This document shows positions 1 to 10,019 of a stretch of DNA of 33,000 nt, piece after piece. Each line of letters starts with the position of its first letter. Position 1 is the stretch's first letter. The position numbers and the translations under genes were made by a program. Under the pieces are notes generated by a model that saw nothing but the letters and a program-made list of their open reading frames with translations, did not search any database and was not told where the DNA came from. This stretch comes from Heteronotia binoei (lineage: Eukaryota), in the NCBI RefSeq assembly GCF_032191835.1, contig NC_083230.1:94457001-94490000 (forward strand), written 5' to 3'.

Positions 1-233
1 TCCACGCGGTAGCGGGGAAACGTCTGTGTGCGTCTGCAGACACTCTGTGTCTGTCTCAAGCACTTGTATAATTAGCAGTTGGTACACATGAGTCCTATGT
101 AGTTCCTGGATAGTTTTACTCGCATTCACTGGCCAGGCGGATGCAAGCTCGCTTCTCCAGGCGCCCTGGCAACCATGTTTGTGAAAGAGGGGTCATTTTC
201 TCACACCTTTCTCTGTGGAGCTGAAAGCACTGT

Positions 234-346
234 TCCTCCATTTTATCTCAACAACAACAATCTTGTAAGGTAGTTCAGCCTGAGAGATAGGGTCTAGCTC
301 AAATTCCCCAGCAGGCTTCATGATAAGGTGGATTTGAACCCAAGCC
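234..346 (-). mobile_element. SINE fragment (squamate tRNA/CORE-like SINE 3' part)
   Basis: Matches in reverse the SINE-like segments at ~29884-29960 and ~32060-32690 (cctgctgggtgaccttggg...; cctacctcacaggg...ttgt). Boundaries approximate. Confidence 0.4.
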
Positions 347-357
347 TTCGCAGTGTT

Positions 358-457
358 TAAGCTTGCCAACTCGAGGTTGTGAAATTCCTGGAGAGTTGGA
401 GGTGGAGCCATAGGAGGGAGGGGTTTAGGGAGGAGAAGGACCTTTGTGGGGTATAAT
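358..457 (+). mobile_element. Family B hAT-type MITE, 5' partial copy
   Basis: gcttgcca...gaaattcctggagagttggaggtggagcc...ggggtataatg aligns to the left half of family B copies (e.g. 4564-4798). Confidence 0.5.
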
Positions 458-665
458 GGAGATTTGTTAAGGCTGGGTGGTGTAAAAATGTGACAGAATA
501 GTCTTGTGTAATGGCTGAGGCCAAGAGAAAGTGTCAGGCCCAGTGTCAGTTATTAAGCTTTATAACTGAGCACAGGATTTGCAACTGGGTGTCTTTAGTC
601 TGAGTCCAACATTCCACCTGCTTCACCCCCACAGAAACTTCTAGGAGGTGTATCAAGAACTTGCT

Positions 666-1051
666 TAGAGTTTCCAGCTTCCAGGCGCGGTCTGGAGCAA
701 TGTTCCCTCTAAGCTGCAGAGTCTTGTGAGCAAAAAATCTGCCTTGTGAGCTACTGGTGTTAAAGTTGTGAGCTATTGCATAAATTATTGTGCTCTGGGG
801 TCATCCTTTCTGAGCTAAGACAAAAATCTGTGAGCTAGCTCACACTAACTCCACTTAGAGGGAACACTGGTCTGAAGATCTCCTGGCATTACAGCTTATC
901 TCCCCATGATGGAGATCAGTTTCCCTGGAGAAAGTAGCTGTTTTGGAGGACGGACTCCGTAGCATTAATACTCTGCTGGAGTCTCTCCCCTCTCCAAACT
1001 CTGCTACTCCCGAATTCTCCTGAATTTCCCAACCTAGAGCTGGCAACCCGA
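666..1051 (-). mobile_element. Family B MITE, split by a family F insertion
   Basis: Degenerate TIRs tagagtttcca (666) and tggcaacccga (1041-1051); internal ggagatctcc...gatcagtttccctggagaaa... typical of family B; continuity restored by removing 698-877. Confidence 0.65.
698..869. mobile_element. Family F hAT MITE (172 bp)
   Basis: 16-bp TIRs CAATGTTCCCTCTAAG / CTTAGAGGGAACACTG (1 mismatch); 8-bp TSD GTCTGGAG (690-697) / GTCTGAAG (870-877). Confidence 0.85.
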
Positions 1052-1104
1052 TGACATTTTTTTTACCATTCTTTCAGGGATGGACTGCTGTGCTTTAGTT
1101 CCAG

Positions 1105-1250
1105 GTCCCAAGTTTAACCCTGAGCATCTCTAACTAAAAGGATGAGGTAGTTGAGATGTGAAAGACGTCTGCCTGAGACGCTGCAGACAGATAGATGGTA
1201 CTGACCTAGATAGACCAACAGTCTGTCTCAGCATAAGACAGCTTCAACTT
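1105..1250 (+). mobile_element. tRNA-derived SINE with L2-type tail, degraded
   Basis: gcatctc..taaaagga...gatgtgaaagacgtctgcctgagac...cagcataagacagcttca aligns to copies at 15989-16192 and 26401-26611. Confidence 0.55.
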
Positions 1251-2043
1251 CACCAGGATAAATCTATATCAATGTTTAATTTTGCCGTCACTCTCGGTGC
1301 TCTCTAAAAAAGGGATCTGCAGTTGATGTTAATCGCTCCTTGCTCTGAATATTGCATCACTGATTTTTCGCCCTTAAATGAGAGCGCAATCAAATTCTGT
1401 TGCTGTCTTCCAACTTGTTTTAAGCATTCACAGATAAAGCATCTCCAAATTATACATGTAACTAAGATATGTTGAATTAACTTTCATTCTGTGAAGGTGC
1501 AAATGCTGGGAAGTGCATGTTTTCGTTGCATATGAATTGGTTAATGATTAAGCTGGGTTCTGAAAGTAGGCCTTTGTACACTACAGTCCATACCCGATAG
1601 TGGAGCTGCTAGACCACACACTAGCTTTCATCAGAGGAGGCTTCAAAAAAAAGAGTAAAAAACCCCCATAATTCAAGCATCAAGCTGTTTATAGCTTTGG
1701 CCTGTTTTGTGGATCTTGTTTGAGTCCATCTTTTATTGGTAGCATTCTGTCTTTCTCGGGCTGGATTTGTCCTTGCATCAGCTTGTCGACTTCTGAACAG
1801 ATCCTGAATCATACCAGTGGAGAGTCAGTGTGTGGCAGTGTTGGTGGCTCTGTGAGCACTGCTGTTCCTTCCACAGAAATTTCTGCATGGAAAGGTCAAC
1901 GAGTAGGTCATAGTAACTCTGGTCTCTCTGGCCAGGTGCTAGAGATGACCATCTTTCCATGTGGTTGCAGATATTAGGAGAGTAAATTTACAGGTGATTT
2001 CTGCTCCCCAGATGTTCCAGAGGGTAGCTGTGTTGGTCTGCAG

Positions 2044-2208
2044 TAGAACAGATAGATTTGAGTCCAGGAGCACCTTAGAAACCAGCAGGATTTGATTTCA
2101 GGAGCACCTCAGAGACCAACAAGATTCCTAACAAAGGGAGCTTTGACTCACAAAAGTTTGGACTCTCCAAATCTTGTTGGTTTCTTGTGCTACTGGACTC
2201 AAATCTGG
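2044..2208. repeat. Inverted-repeat element, probably Penelope-like terminal remnant
   Basis: Perfect 14-bp inverted repeat AGATTTGAGTCCAG (2054-2067) / CTGGACTCAAATCT (2193-2206), plus inner gagaccaacaagatt / aatcttgttggtttc. Motifs resemble reptile Penelope termini (recognition only). Confidence 0.5.
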
Positions 2209-2297
2209 TTACTCTCCAAATGGTCCCTTTGGAGCTGATTAAGGCTGCGGTCAGACAGGCAGTTTGGCCTAGGGTTGCCAGATCTATGTTGGAAAAT

Positions 2298-3098
2298 TAG
2301 GGTTGCCAAGTCCAATTAAAGAAAAATCTGGGGACTTTGGGGGCGGAGCCAGGAGACTTTGGGGGTGGAGCCAGGAGACGTTGGGGTGGAGCCAGGAACA
2401 AGGATGTGACAAGCATAATTGAACTCCAAGGGAGTTGTGGCCATCACATTTAAAGGGACAGCACGCCTTTTTAAATGCTTTTCTTCCATAGGAAATAATT
2501 AAGGATAGGGGTACCATCTTTTGGGGCTCATAGAATTGGACCCTCTGGTCCAATATTTTTGAAACTTGGGGGGTATTTTGGGGAGAGGCACTAGCTGCTA
2601 TACTAAAAATCTGGTGCCTCTACCTCAAAAAATAGCCCCCCCAGAGCCCCCAATACCCATGGATCAATTCCCTATTATTCTCTATGGGAATCGTTCTCCA
2701 TAGGGAATAATAGAGTGCCTAGTAGACATTTCCCTCCCCCTCATGCTTTCTAAAGGGGGGGAGGGCCTCCATACCAGGGAATCCCCCCTCCCTGCCCCCT
2801 CCCTCTCTCTCTCTCTCACACACACACAAAAATACTTACCGTACTTGGTCTTCTTCCAGCAGAATTTGCTCGCTGTGAAAACGAAAGTAAGGCTGCACAG
2901 GAAAAGAAAGGGAGGGGCCGTTCCTGTTTCCTGTGCAGCCTTAAAGGGACACATTTTAAAAACGGATCCCAAGCTGTAAAACAACATGATGCCTACAGGT
3001 ATGTTCTCTCTCCCCCCGCCCCCAGATTTTTTTAAGAGCGGGGGAGGAGGCTGAAAATTTGGGGGTCCCCCGCCAGGGCGGGAGGGTTGGGAAGCCTA
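2298..3098. mobile_element. Family A MITE, long variant (801 bp), nested in family B
   Basis: TIRs TAGGGTTGCCAA / TTGGGAAGCCTA; perfect TSD TGGAAAAT at 2290-2297 and 3099-3106; first ~480 bp aligns to other family A copies. Confidence 0.9.
2803..2827. repeat. Compound (CT)n(CA)n microsatellite
   Basis: ctctctctctctctctcacacacacaca, read directly. Confidence 0.9.
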
Positions 3099-4045
3099 TG
3101 GAAAATACCTGGCGACTTTGGGGATGGATCCAGGAGAGGGCAGGGTTTGGGGAGGGGAAGGGCCTCAGCATGGTACAGTGCAATAGAGTCTGTCCTTCAA
3201 AGCAGCCATTTTCTCCAGAGGAGCTGATATATGCCAGCTGGAGATCTGTTGTAAAAGCAGGAGATCTCCAGGCCCCAGCTGGAGGCTAGCAACCTTAGTT
3301 TGGCCTGATACAGTTGCTGTTTCTTTATGAATTAAATGGGCTCATACAGCCACATCTGGCTTCCATTTCCCAATTGTACTCAACCAATTATATTATGAGT
3401 TGGATATGGAGTAAATTACCACTGGATAAAGTCTGGTGCTTACAGATGTCCACACATTCATCCTATGTTTCCAGATGTCTGAATGCATGGGAGTGCACAC
3501 AAAATGGATGAACATATGCGAATGTGCACAAAATGGATGGGAGGTCTGAACTTTCCAATCCATTTGAGGCAGGTTTTTTTCTCCCCTACTCAACGTCTGC
3601 ATAAGTGCATGCACAAGGAAAACTTCTTTAAAAAACAACCCAAACTGCACTGTTGAGGACTCACTGTAACAATGTGAATGATTGACTGTGGGCGCTGTTC
3701 ACTGTAATGGTGCCTCAGGGTGCAGTGTCTGACCGAGATTATTCATTCCTGAATGAAACTGAGATATTAGCGGCACGCCCATACGGCACCAACCTTCCAG
3801 TTGATCACAGCCTAAGCATCCTAAATTGGGCTGGAAGCTTATGGAATGGGTGGGGTGTTGTTGTTTTTTTTTGTTTGCTCTGTGTTGTAAACGTTATGAG
3901 CTATGCACTATTAGAGCATTATACCAGAAAACAAGCAAGCATTCCCATTAATGGCTTTGTGTTCAATTGTCACTTCATGCCTTAACAGATAGGACACAAC
4001 ATGAACAGATAACAGCAATTAGAGTTATTGTTCATTCTTTTAGGA

Positions 4046-4817
4046 CAGTGGTTCTCAGCCTGTTGTCTCTTACCTCCCACCTGTCACCCTGTCAAAGAAC
4101 CTGGGTCTTACTGTGAAAAAAATAAAAAGCTCATGTTTCTCAAGGAGGATATTTGTAGGTTCATAGGCATTCTATTATAGTTATCATTTACAGTAAGGGC
4201 GTTAAAAATGGAAGTACTGTTGTTGGAATAACTTTCATTGCTGTGGGTTTAATGGGTAATTCCTGGAAAGTAGGGTTGGCATGAAGCGGCATGTTAGGAA
4301 AATGTGCTGTTAGGCAGGAGGAATGGGATGGGGGGGGGAAAGGAGGAGGAGGAGGAAGAGTTGGTTTTATACCTCACTTTTCACTACCAACACCAAATGT
4401 CCAAGGTTACTGTTATTATGCTTATTATGGATGGATAATCCATGGCAAATAGGGTCAGCAGGTGGACACAGAGACTGAGGAGGCAAAAATTCTTAATAAC
4501 TGTTATGAAAATCCTTCAGCCCACCTAAACTACTTCTGTATCCCGCTAGCAGTATCTGTACCATAGGGTTGCCAGCTCTGTGTTAGGAAAGAGGTTTGAG
4601 ATTTTTTTGGGGGGGGGGGGGGGTAAGAGCCTGAAGAGGGCAGGGTTTGGGGAGGGGAGGGACCTCAGCAGGGTATAATGCCATAGAGGCCATCCTCCAA
4701 AGCAGCCATTTTTCTCCAGGGGAGCTGATCTCTGTCGCCTGGAGATCAGTGGTAAAAGTGGGAGATCTCCAGGCCCTAACTGAAAGTTAGTAGCCATAGA
4801 TTGGTTGAGAACCACTG
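4046..4817. mobile_element. Old Charlie-type hAT element with nested insertions
   Basis: TIRs CAGTGGTTCTCAGCC / GGTTGAGAACCACTG (14/15); flanks TTTTAGGA (4038-4045) / TGCTAGGA (4818-4825), 6/8 with central TA. Confidence 0.6.
4564..4798 (+). mobile_element. Family B MITE
   Basis: TAGGGTTGCCA start; canonical body (gacctcagcagggtataatgccatagag...ggagatctccagg); degenerate right TIR; no TSD seen. Confidence 0.8.
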
Positions 4818-5702
4818 TGCTAGGAAACACCGAAGGGCTTGCATAGAAGGGTTCAGTAGGGCAGCCCAACTTCACAAACAACCCAAAAGATTTTGTGCAA
4901 CAGTGCAGTCCGTTGGGATGCTCCTCAGGTGGAAAATGCAGAATAAACAAACAAACAAATAAATGCTGATAGCACTGGATGCAACAACCAGATCATTTAG
5001 TTAGGCTCTCACATTCTGCTAGGCCCAGGAGGGGATGACCATCCTGTAATATATGATGCTGTGGTTTAGGGACAAAGCCATTTTCACTAGGAGGTTGGCA
5101 GCCCTGCAAGTATTTTGAGGGGCATTTTGAGCTGTAGTGGGGGAGAGAGAAGTCACACTTCCACAAACATAAATCCTTCCATCTGTGGGGAATTTTTGGC
5201 AGGATCCAAGCCAGTTATGTTGGTGTGCTTGATTTTGAAAATTGCTTGGCAAAATGCATGGATTTAATGTTATACTTTCGCCTTGGAACACTGAATAATT
5301 CAGCCTGGTGTACCTAGAATGATAAATAGGTAGCTCATTTGGGTACTTCTCAAGGGCAAGGTGTACGTCTTTCTCTTGCCAATTTTTTTTTTAACCTTTA
5401 TCGCCATGGTATTTACAGTCCTATCATTTAAACTTCCTTTTGTCTCTCAAAACATGAGGCTGGGCAGAGTTAATTTGGCAGTGCAGGAGCTGCTTTTCAG
5501 AATTGGGTACCAAGATGCTATTATTGTGCATTAAGATTAAGAAATAAATGAATCCCGTTTATCTGAATGGAACCAGGAAATAAAATAGAGCTTTATCTTC
5601 TCTTTGCATCTAAGCTGCATTTCATTGTGTCCGGGTAGCATCTGGCGCTGGAGATTTCCTCTCTCAGCTGGATGACATGTAGCCCATGACAGGAAAACGT
5701 TA

Positions 5703-5721
5703 AATAATAATAATAATAATA
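5703..5721. repeat. (AAT)n microsatellite
   Basis: aataataataataataata, read directly. Confidence 0.9.
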
Positions 5722-6239
5722 GAAATAATGAATAATGTAGCAGCTGATACAAATGGTAGGCACAAAAATATATACCAGAGCTGTTTACAGAGCAGTAGAC
5801 TCATCGAGGGTCTTGAACTTTCAATCAATTTAGCAAAATATTCTTGGCAAAATTATGTATTAAGAGATTATAAACATACCATAAGCTATTCCATAAAATG
5901 TTTGGGGGAAACAATGCCAAGAATGGCTCAAAAGATTTATTATGGGAGCTTCTCTCAGTTTTCCTGGCTTACTAAAAAGAATAATAATAATTCAGCCTCA
6001 TAGCGTGTTATCCCAAAGCACTGTATTTTACCATTATATTCAACAAGGATGAAATTTAAAATGTGACTATATTTGTTACAGATGTTCTCAGAAAGAAAGC
6101 TCTTATTAAAACAGTTTAGAATACCGTTTTTCCCTCACTCTCTAGAACCGGGGCCTTGTAGGAATCCAAGAATTACTTCACACGAGACACATTTCCTGTA
6201 GGAACTTTACTGTTTATTAATTAACATCTTAATTATACC

Positions 6240-6930
6240 GCACTTATGGTGACCCCAGTAAGGGGCTTGCAAGGCAAATGAGAAGCAGAAGAGGTTTGCT
6301 ATTGGCTTCCTCTGCAGAAGCTTGATTCATAGTCACCCAAGAACCAACAATAGGGTTGCCAATCCCCAGGTGGGGGCAGGGGATCCCCTGGTTTGGAGAC
6401 TCTCTCCCCCCCCCCCCCCGCTTCAGGGTCGTCAGAAAGCAGGGGGAGGGGAGGGGAGGAAAATGTCTGCAGGGAACTCTTATTCCCTAGGGAGATTTAT
6501 TCCCATAGAAAATAATAGATAATTGATCCACAGGTATCTGGGGCTCTGGGGGGGCTGTTTTTTGAGGTAGAGGCACCAAATTTTCAGTATAGCATCTAGT
6601 GCCTCCCCCCAAAATACCCCCCAAGTTTCAAAAAGATTGGACTAGGGGGTCCAATTCTATGAGCCCCAAAAGAAGGTGCCCGTATCCTTCATTATTTCCT
6701 ATGGAACGAGGGCATTGAAAAGGTATGCCGTCCCTTTAAATGTGATGGCCAGAACTCCCTTTGGAGTTCAATTATGCTTGTCACAGCCTTGATCTTGGCT
6801 CCACCCCTAATGTCTCCTGGCTCCACCCTCAAAGTCCCCAGATATTTCTTAAATTGGACTTGGCAACCCTAACCAACAATGTTTAGCTTCCAAGAACTGA
6901 TGAGATCAGGCTATACTATGCCACCTTCCC
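6240..6930 (-). mobile_element. 5S-rRNA-derived SINE, split by family A MITE
   Basis: Tail cacttatggtgacccc...gaggtttgctattggcttcctctgcag before the MITE; ttagcttccaagaactgatgagatcaggc (5S antisense-like) after it. Confidence 0.55.
6351..6871. mobile_element. Family A hAT MITE (521 bp)
   Basis: Perfect TIRs TAGGGTTGCCAA / TTGGCAACCCTA; perfect TSD ACCAACAA (6343-6350, 6872-6879); opposite orientation to the copies at 2298, 19877 and 31606. Confidence 0.95.
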
Positions 6931-6946
6931 ATCATATGTAATGTGT

Positions 6947-7177
6947 TGTGTGTGCATGTGTGTAAAGTGCCATCAAGTCGCAGCCAACTTATGGAGATTC
7001 CAAAGGGTTTTTAAGGTAAAATACTACCCATAGAGGTTTACCATTGCTTTACCTCTGCGCAGCGACCATGGGATTCCTTTGTGGTCTCCCATCCAAATAC
7101 TAATGACTTAAGCCGACCCTGCTTAAACTTCTGAGATCTGATGAGATCAAGCTAGCTGGGGCCATCGAGGTCAGGGG
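6947..7177 (-). mobile_element. 5S-rRNA-derived SINE with Sauria/BovB-like tail
   Basis: ggtctcccatccaaatactaa...ccgaccctgcttaaacttctgagatctgatgagatc is the reverse complement of 5S rRNA box A/C region; tail aaagtgccatcaagtcgcagcc...cttatgg with a (GT)n end. Confidence 0.75.
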
Positions 7178-7799
7178 GTGATATAGTTTAATATAGTTTA
7201 TTGTCTCTAACAAAAACAAAAACACAGGTCCTTTCAAGCCATTCCACTAGTCTTTATCATGACCTTGTCTTTTCCTGTTAGAGTAATAGTTATTATGTTG
7301 TAGATTTACAGGAGTCTTCCCACATTTGAAAAGATAATATGAGGAGTCATGCTCCAAGGCTGAGTGAAACTAGTTGGCCAGTAAACCAAACAAATGTGTG
7401 GTGCTTTCTGCTTTTTCCCTCAAGGTGCTGCTGCTAAATGAACCTTTTACTAACTGAGTGAAGATACCAAAGGAACATTCTGCAGCTAATTATTTTCAGT
7501 CTTTGAACAGTGAAGTTAGATGGAGACTGTTCAAAAGAGTCTTTGAGAATTTTGCTTAATTACTGCAAAAGAGCAGAGATTATGCCATCTATAGGAAAGG
7601 TTCTCAAAATTAGGGTGCTGTAGCCTTCTGGACTCCTTGCCTTTGGGGTATGTATTATGGGAAAATGGTAAGACATGTTGTACTGGAGACATTACAAAAC
7701 AAGTAGAAGTGGATGAGCAGGTAAAATAATTGGGGAACCCTTATGGTTTGTAAGGTATTGGAATTTTAAAACTAATCTTCTATAATTGAGGGAGAGAGG

Positions 7800-8010
7800 G
7801 AGGGGGCTTAGTGACAGAGCATCTGCTTGGTATGCAGAAGTTCCCAGGTTCAGTCCCTGGCATCTCTAGTTAAAATGGCTCAAGTAGTAAATAATGTGAA
7901 AGAGCTGTGCCTGAGACACTGGAAAGGAGCTGCCATTCTGAGTGGACGGACAGACAGATAGATAGAGATAGAGATAGATGGACCAATGATCTGATTCAAC
8001 TGAGGTTATA
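7800..8010 (+). mobile_element. tRNA-Ala-derived SINE with internal GATA/GACA microsatellite
   Basis: gcttagtgacagagcatctgcttggtatgcagaag..cccaggttcagtccctggcatctc head; body shared with 15989 and 26401 copies. Confidence 0.65.
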
Positions 8011-8116
8011 CAGTCTGCCATTTAGTTCTGGCTTTCAGTTCAGGGGGACAGAGAGAAGAATAACATCTCAGAATACCTATCAAGTTGTATTGAGCATTTT
8101 TGCTTTATGGATGATT

Positions 8117-8244
8117 NNNNNNNNNNNNNNNNNNNNNNNNNNNNNNNNNNNNNNNNNNNNNNNNNNNNNNNNNNNNNNNNNNNNNNNNNNNNNNNNNNNN
8201 NNNNNNNNNNNNNNNNNNNNNNNNNNNNNNNNNNNNNNNNNNNN
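8117..8244. other. Assembly gap (128 N)
   Basis: Run of N. Confidence 1.
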
Positions 8245-8249
8245 TCACA

Positions 8250-8690
8250 GAGCTCAGGGTGGTTAAAAACAAAACTGTACAATTTAAAATAAAAAATTAA
8301 AATAGCTAAAAATAACATCAAATGGTGCCAAAGTAATTATACAGTATGCACTGCTTTCACTATCTCGCAATAAGTGGGGAAAAGCAGGGCAGGGGAGGGG
8401 AAGGGAGTGCCAGATAAGCTGGTACCTGTTGCTGTCCTCAATCAAAAGCCTTGCAGAACATCTCCACCTTGCATCCCCTGCAGGGTGTGTATGTTATTTG
8501 ACAGAGAGTTCCACCACGTGGAAACCAGGGCTGAAAAAGCCCTGGCACTAGTCAAGGAAAGCCAGATGTCTTTAGGGCTGGGGATCACCACTAAGTAGTT
8601 CTCAGCAGAGCATAAAGCTCTTTGGGGGACATACCAGAAGAGGTAGTCCCATAGATACATGGGTCCCAGACTGCTCATGGTCTTAAAGAA
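8250..8690 (-). mobile_element. L2 LINE 3' fragment, degraded
   Basis: Motifs gagttccacc...gaaaaagccctg, ggtagtcccatagatac..ggtcccag resemble antisense squamate L2 3' ends; recognition only. Confidence 0.45.
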
Positions 8691-8974
8691 ACCCAGTTGC
8701 GGTGGTTCCAGAAGTATTTTGCTGATGTTGCCTGTTTTTAGATCACCAGATGAGTGCTAGATGTGGGTCCACAAGATTTGATGTTAGCAACTACCAGAAT
8801 GACATGCTTATCTAGCATTTTGGATATACTTATTCATTCTTTCCCAGCTTGTGAAATCCAGACTGCTGGATAGTTGGGTCATTTCCAGGGCATTCCAGAG
8901 ACCAGTGACCTGAGGTTGAGGTCGTGCAAAAGGCTGGTCCAAAATAGACTCATTCACAGCAGTAGTATCTGAGG

Positions 8975-9400
8975 AACAAATTTTGAGTCCCGTGGCACCT
9001 TTAAGGCCAACATTTTATTAAAGGTATGAGCTTTTGTGTGCACACACACTTCCTCAGAAATGGAATTTACCCATACATACATATAAGGCAGAGGTTGAAC
9101 AGCAAATCAGCATACAATATAATGAAGATGTTTTAACAGATGCAAACAGGAATAGCAAGCTAACTTTATAACATCCCCATTGTTTGGATTTAATTCAGGG
9201 GAAAAACTGGAGCAAATAAAGGTGTCAGAATTGGAGATAGATGTGCAAATGTATCGTTCTTAATTGTGGAGTGCTAAGAGTAATTGACTGGACTGGGTTG
9301 AAGGTGGATGTTTCTTGCAAAGCCAAGGCTAGACAATTTCCCAGAGCAGAAATGCTATAGAAGCATTTCAACTCAGACCAGGCCAGAATGAACCAATTTG
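8975..9400. mobile_element. Penelope-like retroelement remnant
   Basis: gagtcccgtggcacctttaaggccaac...atgagcttt..gtg..cacttcctcaga resembles reptile Penelope termini; boundaries uncertain. Confidence 0.4.
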
Positions 9401-9667
9401 TTAAACTTGATCAAGGAGCCTTCTAGTCCTCTAGTCCTTTGAATGGTTTATCACAAGCATACAGACAGCAATCCTCATTCAAGTTATGGCTCATCCTGTT
9501 AGATGGAGATCTATGGGCTGGCCGTGACTGGGTTTTGCATTCTGCTTGTGTTTAAAAGGGAATGAACCTCCCCTTTTATGCCCCCTGCACATACACTCTT
9601 TTTTTAAGCTTCCAAAAAGATGTAAGCTTTTTGGGGAAATCATACACACATTTTCAAAGCATGCCAT

Positions 9668-10019
9668 TAGGGTTGGTCAGGTCTTACCTGGCTCTCAGTG
9701 GGGGGAATCTTCTCGCATGTGGCATAATGATGTTACCCAGAAGCGCTATCATCGTGCTGCGCACGTCACACGGTGACGCTAGCAATTTGGGTAAAAACTC
9801 TATGGTGCCATAGAGTTTTTACCCAAACTGCTAGAACATTCCCTACACAACATGCCCAGCATGAAAATGTTACCCAAATGTGATGTCATCATGCCAGGCA
9901 TGTCGCCTACAATGGAGCTCTTTGGGGGCAAGGATCCTCCCTCCAGCCAGCTCCATGCTGGTGGGTTGGGTCCCCAAAATCTGGGGAAACCCTGCCCCCA
10001 GCAGGAGGCTGGGAACCTA
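9668..10019. mobile_element. Family E hAT-type MITE with internal palindrome
   Basis: Degenerate TIRs TAGGGTTGGTCA / TGGGAACCTA; TSD CATGCCAT (9660-9667) / CACACCAT (10020-10027); 56-bp palindrome at 9779-9834. Confidence 0.8.

Larger units (their letters stand above)
2270..3297 (+). mobile_element. Family B hAT (Blackjack-type TIR) MITE, outer element of a nest
   Basis: TIRs TAGGGTTGCCA (2270) / TAGCAACCTTA (ends 3297); perfect TSD GTTTGGCC at 2262-2269 and 3298-3305. Confidence 0.9.

Noticed and set aside
1690-1880. Minus-strand frame with an in-frame TGA (…DSPLV*FRICSEVDK…) as possible selenocysteine readthrough
   Set aside because: No selenoprotein-family motif and no identifiable SECIS; in-frame TGA is expected by chance.
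2333-2397. CRISPR-like short direct repeats
   Set aside because: Contiguous subterminal MITE repeats without unique spacers, in eukaryotic DNA.
7395-7480. Strong splice acceptor gctttctgctttttccctcaag|G
   Set aside because: All three downstream frames stop within 11 codons and no good donor is nearby; not supportable as an exon.
7907-8321. ORFs spanning the N gap
   Set aside because: Open only because N codons are not stops.
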